Shown here: positions 9,744-20,283 of the stretch, one piece after another
Position numbering within the stretch: position 1 is the stretch's first letter
How the letters are laid out: each line of letters begins with the position of its first letter
Assembly (NCBI GenBank): GCA_963836075.1
Contig: CAWIIB010000009.1
Span: forward strand, 2,464,001 to 2,528,000
Direction of reading: 5' to 3'
DNA: 64,000 bases
Source: an uncultured Acidobacteriota bacterium
GTDB lineage: Bacteria > Acidobacteriota > JAQAZP01
Position numbers and translations under genes: made by a program
Notes under the pieces: generated by a model
What the model was told of the DNA's origin: nothing
The model's input: the letters and a program-made list of their open reading frames with translations, nothing else
Database searches by the model: none

Positions 9744-10332
9744 ATGACCGAGGCCGCCCGATCCGAAGTCACCGAGATTCTTCTCGCCCTCCAGGGTGAT
9801 GAGGCCGGTCAGCGTGAATACAGCGACCGGCTCTTCGAACACGTCTACAACGAGCTTCACCGCATCGCCATCGACCTGATGCGCCGGGAGCGTATCGATC
9901 ACACCCTCCAGCCCACCGCCATCGTTCACGAGGCCTACCTGCGGCTCGTGGACCAGACCCGCACCGACTGGAAGAGCCGGGCCCACTTCTTCAGTACCGC
10001 CGCCCAGGCCATGCGGCGGATTCTCATCGACCATGCACGCCAGCGCTCGGCAGCCAAGCGAGGGGGCGGCAAGACCATTATGACACTCGACGAGAACCTG
10101 GGTGGGCAAACGGAAAAGGCGATCGAAGTTCTCGAACTCGACGAGGCGCTGACCAGACTCGGCGAATTGGATCAGCGGATGGCCCAGGTGGTGGAATTTC
10201 GTGTCTTTGCCGGGATGACCAATGCGGAAGCAGCGTTTGTGCTCAAAGTTTCCGAGCGGACGGTTCGATGAGGACTGGCGGATGGCCAAGATGTGGCTGC
10301 TCCGTGAACTGTCGGAAGGCACCAACTCATGA
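9744..10332 (+). CDS. ECF sigma factor of the kinase-associated (TIGR02999/EcfK-like) type, frameshift near 10266
   Basis: HTLQPTAIVHEAYLRL, AMRRILIDHAR, KRGGG. Removing one base continues as EDWRMAKMWLLRELSEGTNS* with an ATGA overlap into the kinase. Confidence 0.88.
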
Positions 10333-13142
10333 AACCCGAAAGATTCGCGCAAATCAAGAAGATCGTTCTCCGGGCGGCCGATCTCCCGGCGGAGGAGCGG
10401 AGGCCTACCTGGACGAGGCCTGCGGGGACGATCCCGGAACTGCGGCGCGAGGCCGAATCGCTCCTGGCCCATGGGGGCGAGCCTTCCGGGATCCTGCAGA
10501 AAGCCGGCATCGTCCCGGAAACTGCTGTTGAGCCAGAAGGAGAGGCGTCGCCCATCCCGGCGGAGATCGCGGGGTACCGCATCATCCGGAAACTCGGCGA
10601 GGGCGGGATGGGCGTGGTCTACGAAGCCGAGCAGGAGAGCCCCCGCCGCCGGGTGGCGCTAAAGGTGGTCCGCAGCGACGTGCATCTGGACGAACACCGG
10701 GTGAGGCTATTCCGGCGGGAGGTCCAGGCCCTTGGCCGTCTCAAGCACCCCGGAATAGCTGCGATTCACGAATCCGGCTGCACCGAGGAGGGAGAGCACT
10801 TCTTCGTCATGGAGCTGGTGAGCGGCGTGCCGCTCGATGAGTACCTGGCGGAAAATCCCATCCGTCCGGAACATGCCAGAACAGACATTCGCGTCCGCCT
10901 CGAACTGTTCCGCCAGATCTGCCACGGCATCAGCTACGCCCACCAGCGGGGAGTGATCCACCGGGATCTCAAACCTTCGAACATTCTCGTGGTCAGCGAA
11001 GAGGAAGGTAAGGACAAAGGCTCGACCGGATCATCAGTCCAGGTGAAGATCCTCGACTTCGGGCTGGCGCGGATCACCGACGCCGACGTGTCGATGACCA
11101 CGATGATGACCGAGGTGGGGAAGATCCAGGGCACGCTCTCCTACATGAGCCCGGAGCAGGCGCGGGGCAACCCGGACGAGATCGATGTGCGGAGCGACGT
11201 CTACTCGCTCGGGGTGATCCTCTACGAGATGCTCACCGGGGAGCTTCCCTATGACGTGCGGCGCACCATGGTCCACGATGCGGTGCGGGTGATCCTGGAG
11301 CAGCCGCCGCGGAGGCCCAGCACGCTGATCCGCACGCTCAGAGGTGACGTGGAGACGATCGTCCTCAAAGCGCTGGAAAAGGACCCGGGACGGCGCTACC
11401 AGAGCGCAGCGGCCCTGGGGGAGGATGTGGAGCGGTATCTTGCCCATCAGCCGATCCTGGCCCGTCCCCCGAGCACGGTGTATCAGCTGAGAAAACTGGT
11501 CGCCCGGCACAGGGCTTTGTTCGGGGCCCTGGCCGCGGTGTTCGTTGTGCTGGTCTGCGGACTGATCGTCAGTACCACTCTCTATTTGCGAGCCGAGCGG
11601 GAGCGGAACCGGGCGTTGGCCGCGGAAAAGACCGCAACTGAGGCACGAGACGCTGAGAGGCTGGCTCGAGTAGAGGTTGAAGCTGAGGCGTCAAAGACCA
11701 AGCGTATCCTTGATTTCATGTCGAACATGTTTACCACGGCCGATCCTGCGAAGTAGAGGATCGTGACCTCACCGTTCGTGAACTGTTGGAAGGAACAGAC
11801 AAAACATTAGAGAATAAACTCGGAGATGATCCTGAAATCCAGGCGGCGATACGTGAAACTCTGGGTTTGGCGTATTACCGGCTTGCTCTTTATCCGCAAA
11901 CTCAATCACATATTCTCTGGTTGATCGAATACTACCGCCGGGAATTCGGCGAGTCGCATGAACAAACGTTGAAAAATATGAACTGGCTCGGTCAATGTTA
12001 TTTCTATGATGGCCAAATAAGGGAATGCATACGCACCGTGGAGGAAAGTCTCGCACTTGCACGTAAAGCCTGGGGGGAAGAACACATCGAGACTCTGAGA
12101 GCAATGGAACAACTGGGTAATGCGTATCGGTATCAAGGTAGGCTTGAAGAAGCAAGACCATTGTTGGAACACGCCCACACCGTTGGCAAGCGTTTACACT
12201 CCGATTCCTGGTATACGCCATAGATTTTTCAGCATGCCTCGGTCTATTGTATCAGGCTGAAGGTCGCTTTACTGAAGCTGAACGGTTTTTCCGTGATTCA
12301 TTGCAATTGACCTGTAAGTTTTTCGGTGATGAACACACTAACACGATTCTAATAACGAATTTGCTAATGCTTGTCCTCGCGGACCAAGGCGATTTTGAGC
12401 GGATGGAGGGTACCGTCAGGGCGAATCTGGCGACAGCACGCAATGCGTTTGGGGACAATCACGAAGATACGATCACTGCCATGAGAACCTGGGAGTGACG
12501 CTGCGTGGTAAGGGTGACCTTGAAGCCGCCGAAAGCGTTTATAGAGAGGCAATATCGATCAGCCGTCAGCTTGGGACGGGCCATCTGCAATTCCGGGCAT
12601 CGATGATGGATTCGCACAGTTACTCGAGGTAAGAACCAAGATGCTCAAGTCGAAGAATTTTGCTCGGGTTACTCAAGAGTGAACGTCGATTTTTCAACGA
12701 AGGCCGTACAATATCCTTGCCGACATGTTGGTCCTGCTTGGGGTCAGTCTGAACAAGCAGGGCAGATACTCTGACGCCGAGCCGTTTTTGCGGGAAAGCC
12801 TGACAATTCTTAATCAGATTCGGCCTGACGGCCATTGGTCCATTGCAGATGCCGAGAGTGCACTTGGTGAATCGCTGGCCGGCCAAGGTGAAATACTCTG
12901 AGGCTGAGCGGCTACTTATCGATGCTTACGCACGAATTAAAGATAAGGAAGGTGTGATTCCGTTTCTTTCTCGGAGCCATAGCCAGCGTAAAGCCCTTGA
13001 ACGTATTATTCATCTGTACAACGCCTGGGGCAAGCCGGAAAAGGCCGCCGAGTGGCGGGCGAAGCTGCCTGTAACCGAGGGGGAACTCGAGCCACTACAG
13101 GCAGGGGTTGGACCAGAGCAGTCCGACTCGTCGAAGGATTAG
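10329..13142 (+). pseudogene. Hanks-type Ser/Thr kinase with TM helix and TPR repeats; several frameshifts
   Basis: LGEGGMGVVY, VALK, HRDLKPSN, DFG, YMSPEQ, SDVYSLG, then a TM segment. TPR fragments in ORFs 11786-12223, 12247-12498 and 12843-13142 end in LYNAWGKPEKAAEWRAKL. Confidence 0.85.
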
Positions 13143-13582
13143 CCTTCATCGACATCTTTGATCTCCTCGATCACACCATCAAGCGCACCGGCCTCGCGCA
13201 GGATTCGCGCCACCTCGGCGACATCTGCAGCGCTGTCCCGTATCTCCACCGCACCGCCATGCGCGTGAAGGTGGCCATGAACCACCTCGCCGTGGAAATG
13301 GGTCTCTTTGATCCGCTTCCAGCGCTCGGGGTTCCGGTTGGTTAGCCAGAAGATGCAGGCGGTGACGTCCGGCGGCATGTGCTTGCGCGTTACAGTTACT
13401 CTCTTCGTGCCGTTCGGCAGGGTCTGCTCCCTGACCACCTCATACTCGTAGCCGAGGCAGCGGTCCAGCAGCCGAGCCTCGACGTTGCGCGCATCGTATT
13501 CGTCTTTGCCCCTTTTTATGGCACGTCGAAACTCGGGGTGCTCACGCTGCCACCGATCGATAGAACTGACGCTGACGCTCAT
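13139..13582 (-). CDS. Phage terminase small subunit-like protein, probably N-terminally truncated at the IS
   Basis: SVSSIDRWQREHPEFRRAIKRGK...VEARLLDRCLGYEY...KHMPPDVTACIFWLTNRNPERW resembles a common TerS family. The first HTH helix seems to be missing. Confidence 0.7.
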   Translation of the reverse strand: MSVSVSSIDRWQREHPEFRRAIKRGKDEYDARNVEARLLDRCLGYEYEVVREQTLPNGTKRVTVTRKHMPPDVTACIFWLTNRNPERWKRIKETHFHGEVVHGHLHAHGGAVEIRDSAADVAEVARILREAGALDGVIEEIKDVDEG

Positions 13583-15297
13583 GTCACGCAAGGCGCTGGT
13601 GCGTGTTCTGATTCCCGCGTTTCCGATCCGTCAACCGCGGTTGACACGACCCCGTCGCTACCTTTCGTTTGCTGACCAGCCTGGCCCCCGGCCCCGATCT
13701 TGCTCCTCCCGGTCTGCATGGGCCAGGAGACGAAGGGCATCTACCGGCCCCGGCGGCCGGAGCGGACCGACCTGCACCTGGCGGTCCGCGAGAACCTCGA
13801 GCTGTTCCTCGAGACTTACGACGAGCGGTTTCTCGACCGGCACGGCCCGCTGACCGATCGGGCCCGCCGCACGCTCGAAGAGTATCTTCGCTGCGGGATC
13901 CTCGCCGCCGGGTTCGCCCGGGTCCGTTGCGGGGACTGCGGCCATGAACAGCTGGTGGCCTTCTCCTGCCAGCTCCGCGGCGTCTGTCCCTCATGCCAGC
14001 AGAAGCGGGCCGAGATCCTCTGCCGTTTCGTCATCGACGAGGTGATCGAGCCGGTGGGGCACCGCCAGCTGGTCTTCGTCCTGCCCAGACACCTGCGCCG
14101 GCCGTTCTACCGCGACCGCCGGATGCTCACCGGCCTCTGCCGCTCTGCCGTGGAGGCGACCCACGCTTTCTACCGCACCGGCCTGGGCCGGGACGATCTG
14201 AGAGTGGGGATGGTGGTGGTTCCCCAGCGGTTCGGTGACCGGGTCAACCCGCACATCCACCTGCACGCCATGGCCACCGACGGCGCCTTCGACGCCGAGG
14301 GGGTCTTCCACCCGATGCCCTTCGACATGCAGGGGGACATCGAGGTGCTGGAGCGGCTGTTCTCCCGGCGTGTGCTCGACCTGATGGTGCGGCGCAAGCG
14401 GCTGAGCGTTCGACTGCGCGACGAGATGCTGAGCTGGGAGCACAGCGGCTTCTCGGTGGACGGCTCGGTCAGGGTGGCGGTGGGGGACTACGGGCGCCTC
14501 AGGCGGCTGGTGCGCTACCTGGCGCGGCCGGCGGTGTCGGCGGAGCGGGTGTTCTACGACCGGTCGAGCGGCACGGTCACCGTTCGGAGCTCGAAGAAGG
14601 TGCAGGGCGTCCGCCCGGTGGTGGCGCGATACGACGCGCTGACCTTTTTGTCGCTGCTGGCGCTGCAGGTGCCGCCGCCCGGGGTGCACATGGTGCGCTA
14701 CTACGGCCACTACTCGGTGCGGAGCCGGGCGGAGCGGAGGAAGAGGGCTCGGGAGGGGACGGCCGGGATTCGCAGCGAAACGCCGCCGCCGGCGAGCGAG
14801 CGGCGGCGGAGGTGGGCGGAGCTGATCCGCCTGGTGTTCGAGGCGGACCCCCTGCGCTGCGACACGTGCGGGGGCGTGATGAAGGTCGTCTCGTTCATCT
14901 CGACGGCGCAGTCCGGGGTGATCCGCCGCATCCTCGAGCACCTGGGGGTGAGCACGGTGGTCCCCCGGGCCCACGGTCCGCCGGGGTGGGCCGTGAAAAG
15001 CGAACGGCGGGTTCAAGGCGTGTTGCTCCGGGCCGAGGAGGACTTTTCGCAGGCGCCACCCGATTGGGACGAGTGGGAGCCGGCTTGAGGCCCGGGGCCG
15101 GAACCGTGCCCGACGGCGAAGTGCGCCCGATTTCAGCCTTTGATGCCTATCGGTCAGCGAATTGTGGGGCAAACCACTACCCACTCGGCAGCAACGGCCC
15201 TGCACGCCCCTTCGATCCCCTTGAATCCGGGATCGAGTGCCGTTGCGGGCGGCCCGAGGAAGCACATAGCTTGACTGAGAAAAAGCTTTTCACTATA
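13580..15297 (+). mobile_element. IS91/ISCR-like insertion sequence, copy 2
   Basis: Direct repeat of copy 1. The only difference I saw is a synonymous G>T (5712 vs 14371). Followed by CATC. Confidence 0.9.
13718..15088 (+). CDS. IS91-family transposase (identical protein to copy 1)
   Basis: Same translation as copy 1 in the ORF track. Confidence 0.92.
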   Translation: MGQETKGIYRPRRPERTDLHLAVRENLELFLETYDERFLDRHGPLTDRARRTLEEYLRCGILAAGFARVRCGDCGHEQLVAFSCQLRGVCPSCQQKRAEILCRFVIDEVIEPVGHRQLVFVLPRHLRRPFYRDRRMLTGLCRSAVEATHAFYRTGLGRDDLRVGMVVVPQRFGDRVNPHIHLHAMATDGAFDAEGVFHPMPFDMQGDIEVLERLFSRRVLDLMVRRKRLSVRLRDEMLSWEHSGFSVDGSVRVAVGDYGRLRRLVRYLARPAVSAERVFYDRSSGTVTVRSSKKVQGVRPVVARYDALTFLSLLALQVPPPGVHMVRYYGHYSVRSRAERRKRAREGTAGIRSETPPPASERRRRWAELIRLVFEADPLRCDTCGGVMKVVSFISTAQSGVIRRILEHLGVSTVVPRAHGPPGWAVKSERRVQGVLLRAEEDFSQAPPDWDEWEPA

Positions 15298-15299
15298 CA

Positions 15300-15533
15300 T
15301 CAATCCGGATCGGCTGCGGGGGTGCGTTTTGTCTTCCTGGCGGCGAGATCAGCCAGTGCGCGGAGGGCTTTGTTCACATCTTTGGAGGTGGGGAACAGGG
15401 CGGCCACGTCTGGATCGAGAACGACGACGTTGCTGCCTCGAGCGAACCGTTTGGCGTATTTACCCCGGACACCCCGAGAGAAATCGTATTCCTCACGCAT
15501 TTCCAAGACTTTTCCTGATTTATCCTTCTTCAT
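15300..15533 (-). CDS. BrnA-like antitoxin
   Basis: MREEYDFSRGVRGKYA...VVVLDPDVAALFPTSKDVNKALRAL. Overlaps the 3' end of the BrnT-like gene. Confidence 0.8.
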   Translation of the reverse strand: MKKDKSGKVLEMREEYDFSRGVRGKYAKRFARGSNVVVLDPDVAALFPTSKDVNKALRALADLAARKTKRTPAADPD

Positions 15534-15798
15534 ACGTTCGCTTCTCGTTTTTCGTCGCTTCTCGTGCACTGATGATTCTGATTGTATCATCATCGTCCAG
15601 ATGTACGATAACCAACGTCCGACCGGACAGCGATTGTCCGATCGTGATGAACCTCATTTCTCCCCGGGGCACAGCCGGATCACGAATCGTGACGGTCAAA
15701 GGATCACCGAAAACCGTTGCGGCATCCTCGAAGGAAACACCGTGTTTGCGGACGTTCGAGCCCGTCTTCCGCATGTCCCATTCGAATGTGAGCCCCAC
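15520..15798 (-). CDS. brnT: BrnT-family ribonuclease toxin
   Basis: FEWD..K..SN..KHGVSFEDA..VF.DP, EMRFITIG, IRIISAREAT. Confidence 0.9.
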   Translation of the reverse strand: MGLTFEWDMRKTGSNVRKHGVSFEDAATVFGDPLTVTIRDPAVPRGEMRFITIGQSLSGRTLVIVHLDDDDTIRIISAREATKNEKRTYEEG

Positions 15799-15872
15799 GA
15801 TCCCTCCTGCTCGTTGTCCGGCATACGCATTGAAATGTGACCGGAGAGAAGACCGTTGCGTTTCCAGCCCGG

Positions 15873-17903
15873 TTACTCGTTGACGAACTCCGCCTTGGCC
15901 CGCGGCCCGTTGGTGATGAAGTTCTCCAGGCCGATCCTGGCGTCCTTGGTCTCGAAACAGGCGCCGAAGGCCACGGCCTCCATCTTCAGCCCGGTGGCCA
16001 GCGAGGCCATGGCGCCGGAGAGGATGGCGTCCTGCATGATCTGGTCGATGCGGGTGCTCAGGTGGCCCAGGTCCAGCTCGGGCAGCTGGTCGGGCACGGT
16101 GATCGGGCCCTTGGCGATGGGGATCAAGTCGACGATGCTCTTGCCGGCCTTGGCCGCCAGCTCCATGGCGGTGAGCAGCAGGTCGCCGGCCACCTCCTCG
16201 CGGATCAGCCCCATTTCCAGGGCCTCGTCGGAGGAGACCGGTTCGCCCAGGCGCAGGATGGCCCAGGCCTTTTCCAGGCCGATCAGCCGGGGCAGGCGCT
16301 GGGTGCCGCCGTAGCCCGGGATCAGGCCCAGCTTCGGCTCGGGCTGGCCGGCCAGCACCTTGGACCCCTTGCGGGCCAGCCGGGCGTGGCAGGCCATGGC
16401 CAGCTCGTTGCCGCCGCCGAAGGCCAGGCCGTTGAGGGCGCAGATCACCGGCTTTTTCATGTCCTCGATGAGGCTGAACACCGCCTGCCCGCGGAGGGAC
16501 ACCTCTTCCGCCGCGGCGGCGCTCTTCAGCTGGGCCAGCTCCTTGATGTCCGCTCCGGCCACAAAGGCGGTGGGGCCGAACCCGGTGAGCACCACGGCCA
16601 TGATCTCGTCGTCATTGGCCAGGTCTGTGAACTGCGCTTCCAGCTGGTCCAGCACGTCCCGGTTCAGGGCGTTCAGCGCCTTGGGCCGGCGGATGGTGAT
16701 CACGGCCACCCCGTCCTCGTCACGGCGCAGCACCACCGGGATCTCCCACGCCTTGACCTGTGCCGCATGGCGCTCCAGCAGTTCCGGCACGGCGAACCCG
16801 GGGTGTTTCGCGGCGTAGCCCTTGACCAGGTCCAGGGCTTTCAGCAGGCCCACGCGGTTCATCAGGGAGAAGGGGCCGGTCATTCCACCGCCCGAGTTCA
16901 GGGCCAGTTCCAGGTCGCTGATCGAGGTGATCCCGCTCTCCAGCACCTGGGCGGTGAGGCCGAAGTAGGCCCCCAGCAGCTGCTCCGAGACGGCGTTGTA
17001 TTCCTCGTCGGTGAAGAGATCATTCTCCCCTGGCCCGGCCAGGTCCCAGGATTTCTTTTCCCGGACCATCCCCACCATCAGGCCGGGGACGGAATACCAG
17101 GGGGAGATGGCGCTCAGACGGTCGATACCCCGGGCCAGGTGGATCATCCCGCCGGGGGTGTTGATCGCGGCCAGCGGTCCGGTCTTCATGCGCAGGGCCC
17201 TGGCGGCCACGGCGTCCACCACCCTGGCCGTGGCCACGCCTTCCTCCACCAGCAGCATGGCGGCCAGGGCCAGGCCGTCGGTCACCGGCCGCACGGAGTG
17301 CCCCACGCGGGCCGTCACACGGATGGGGATCTTGCCCATCTGTTCGAGGAACGTCATCATCCATTCGGTTATCTGCTTGTCGGTGTCACTGGACGAGAGC
17401 ACCTCCACCAGCGGGTTGCGGTCGGCAGGGGAGTGGAAGTGGACCACCAGGCAGCGCTCGGGGTGCGCGGTGCCGCTGAAGATGGTGCCCGGTTCGAGGT
17501 GGGTGGTGTTCACCGCCAGGATGCAGTCCGAGGGGACGACCGCCTCCAGCTTGCCCAGGATACTCCGGGTGTTTTCCACGTCCTGGCAGGCGGCTTCCAG
17601 CACCAGGCCGGCGCCGGAGAGCCGGTCCACGTCGGCGGTGAAGGTGAGGGCGGAGAGGATCATGTCCCGTACATGCTCCTTCATCTTTCCCGACTCCACC
17701 GTGGCGGCCAGCGTCTTCTCCAGGTCCCGGCGGCCGGTCTCCACCGCTTCCTCGTTGAACCCCGTGACGATGATTCCCACACCCAGGCGCCCCAGCGACT
17801 GGGCCATCTGGGTGGCGGTCCGCAGGGCCGTCGTCCCGGTGCCCACCACGCCGATGTCGGCTATCCTCTGTATCTCCAGCAGGTGCTTCATCTTTCTTTC
17901 CAC
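15873..17903 (-). CDS. 3-hydroxyacyl-CoA dehydrogenase / enoyl-CoA hydratase fusion (HCDH N-terminal, crotonase C-terminal)
   Basis: Rossmann-like IGVVGTG, HFHSPADRNPLVEV. Crotonase motifs AFVAGADI, GGGNELAMAC, GQPEPKLGLIPGYGGTQRLPRLIG. Confidence 0.88.
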   Translation of the reverse strand: MERKMKHLLEIQRIADIGVVGTGTTALRTATQMAQSLGRLGVGIIVTGFNEEAVETGRRDLEKTLAATVESGKMKEHVRDMILSALTFTADVDRLSGAGLVLEAACQDVENTRSILGKLEAVVPSDCILAVNTTHLEPGTIFSGTAHPERCLVVHFHSPADRNPLVEVLSSSDTDKQITEWMMTFLEQMGKIPIRVTARVGHSVRPVTDGLALAAMLLVEEGVATARVVDAVAARALRMKTGPLAAINTPGGMIHLARGIDRLSAISPWYSVPGLMVGMVREKKSWDLAGPGENDLFTDEEYNAVSEQLLGAYFGLTAQVLESGITSISDLELALNSGGGMTGPFSLMNRVGLLKALDLVKGYAAKHPGFAVPELLERHAAQVKAWEIPVVLRRDEDGVAVITIRRPKALNALNRDVLDQLEAQFTDLANDDEIMAVVLTGFGPTAFVAGADIKELAQLKSAAAAEEVSLRGQAVFSLIEDMKKPVICALNGLAFGGGNELAMACHARLARKGSKVLAGQPEPKLGLIPGYGGTQRLPRLIGLEKAWAILRLGEPVSSDEALEMGLIREEVAGDLLLTAMELAAKAGKSIVDLIPIAKGPITVPDQLPELDLGHLSTRIDQIMQDAILSGAMASLATGLKMEAVAFGACFETKDARIGLENFITNGPRAKAEFVNE

Positions 17904-17949
17904 TCCCTCCGGCTGACCCTCTCGGGCCGTGCGTGTTTGGAGAAGGCCG

Positions 17950-20200
17950 TCAACGGCCCAATTTGTATTCCACCAGTCGGTTCAGTGCGGTCATCGCCCG
18001 CTCGGCGGTGGTGAAGGTGGGGATGCCGCCTTCGTCCAGCGTTTCCGAAAGGACGTTGTACATCGTTCCGGCGTTGACCGAGACCACCACCGGCTTGTCC
18101 GCCTTCTCTCCCTGGCGGATGATCCGGGCCGCCACGTTTTCATGTTCGGCGGCCATCTCGTTGTCCTTGGTGTGCAGCATCACCGTGTGCGGGACGATGG
18201 AGATGAACAGGCAGTCCACCCCCGGGTCCTGCAGCAGCAGTTCCACGCACCGTTCGTAGACCGCGTCGTCGGCCATGGGGGTCAGGTCGAGGAAGGCGTT
18301 GACCCCCACAAAGGGCGGCAGCGCCTCGCGGAGCTGCGTGCGGGTCTCCGGGGCCAGCTCGGCCAGCTGCAGGCCGCCGATGCTGTCCGCGGCGTAGGTG
18401 CTCTCGAAACCGGCATTGACCACCCCGGCCACCCGCCGGCCGCTGACCGACTTGCCGCCCATCAGGGCGAATACCTTGATCAGGTCCTTGTGGTCCAGGA
18501 TGTGCTCGGCGGCGATGGCGCCGGCCTGCTCGAAGGCCGCCAGCGCCACCTTGTAGTCACCGGTCATCGAGGCGGTGTGCGAGGCGGCGGCCCGGGACCC
18601 GGCGTCGGTACGGCCGGCCTTGTAGACGATCACCGGTTTTTCGCTCTGCCGCACCGCGTCGAAGAACTTGCGGCCGCCGCAGGTCTTGAACCCCTCGATG
18701 TAGAAGGCCAGCACGTCGATGTCGGGGTCTTTCTGGAAGTAGAGGGCCAGGTCTCCGGGGTCGACGTCGATCTGGTTGCCGTAGCTCACCACCACCCGGG
18801 GGTAGATGGCATCCTTCAGCCGGTCCAGCTCGGCCACACCCAGCGCCCCGCTCTGGGTCAGCAGGGCCACGTTGCTTTCTGTTTTTGGCCGGTACTGCAG
18901 CTTTTCCTCGGGGATGAAGAGGGTGTTGTAGCCGGCCTGGCGGTCGGTGGCCGCACGGAAGATCCCCAGGCAGTTGGGACCCACCAGCCGCATCCCGGTG
19001 CCGGCCACAACGTCGAGGATCGCCGTTTCCAGCGACTGGTCGCCCTGGACCTCGCTGAAGCCGCCGGGGATCAGGATCACGCTTTTCGATCCCTTGGTCT
19101 TGGCCTCCTCTACCAACATGCGGGGCCAGCTTGGCCGGCAGGGTGACCACCACCAGGTCCACCCGCTCGGGGATTTCGGCCAGGCTGGTGAACATCTCGT
19201 AGGGCTGGCCGGCGATGGTGGCCGTACCGCCCTTGACGTTCACCAGGTAGAGGTCCTTGCGCCCCAGGTTGTGCAGCAGGGTGGCGATGTTGTTCCCGGT
19301 CTTGCCGCTGTCGCTGGCCGAGACGCCGATCACGGCGATCCCCTCGGGATAGAACAGCTCGTCCAGGCCGCTGTCGTCGGGACCGTCCAGCAGGTTGAGG
19401 GCGCGGTCCCGGGGCAGGAAATTGGCCAGGCCATCGATGCAGATCAGCCGGTGGCTGCCGTCGAAGACCAGCGGGTTGACCTCGAATTCGGAAAAGATGA
19501 ACTCCGGCGGCTCCGGGTTGAGGCTCGAGTAGTTGGTGAACAGCCGGCCGAATGAGTGGATCGCCCCGGCGATGCGGTCGATGTGCTCGGGGTTGCCCTC
19601 CTCGCGATACTTGATCGCGATCCACGCCTCCTCGATCATCGCCGAGCAGTCTTCGCGCTCGAGGGGCAGCAGCCTGACGTTGGGGGAGGAGAAGTGGCGG
19701 GCGAAGTGCTCGGCGTCCGACCCGCCCTTGCTGAAGGAGATCACCGGGCCGAAGGCCAGGTTCTCCTTGACCCCGATGAGGATTTCGTTGCCCAGTTCCG
19801 GGCTGTAGGCCACCTGCTCCACCAGCAGAAAGCCTTCGATCTCCGGCGGGCCGCCTTCGGTCTTTGCCCGGCCCGGGACCGTCTGCAGCATCCGCTCCAT
19901 GGCGGCGCAGATTTCCCAGTAGTCCCGCGACACCCGTTTCACTCCGCCGATCTTCGACTTGTGCGGGATATCGCGAGAGACCACCTTGAGCACCAGCTGG
20001 TCCGAGGCCAGGCTGTCCGGCAGGCCGCCGGCAAGCTGTTCCGGCCCGGTGAGGAAGAGGTGTCCGGGCACCTCGAGCCCCAGGGCTTCCAGGATGCGGT
20101 AGACCTCGTGCTCATGGAGTGAAGACCGGCCGTCGGCGGCCGCGGCCGGCAGCACGTCGTCGATGACGGCCGTCTGTTCCGGGGATAGCGGTTCGTTCAT
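17950..20200 (-). CDS. ADP-forming acyl-CoA synthetase, ATP-grasp domain first, frameshift near 19120
   Basis: LKVVSRDIPHKSKIGGV (ATP-grasp), EVNPL, CoA-binding IAVIGVS, GPNCLG, QSGALG, phospho-His AAASHTAS. Split over ORFs 18557-20233 and 17950-19119. Confidence 0.85.
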
Positions 20201-20283
20201 CACGCGGCTTCCTTTGCGCTCCGGGTATGTCAAACACCAGGGCTAAAAGAGGGTGCTCAGTATTTTCCATATGGCGGTTTTTG

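Noticed and set aside
13139-13582. Prophage
   Set aside because: Only one TerS-like fragment; no large terminase, portal, capsid or integrase.
15837-19146. Long plus-strand ORFs (725 aa, 405 aa) and similar antisense ORFs across the window
   Set aside because: They mirror recognisable genes on the other strand, as expected at high GC3.
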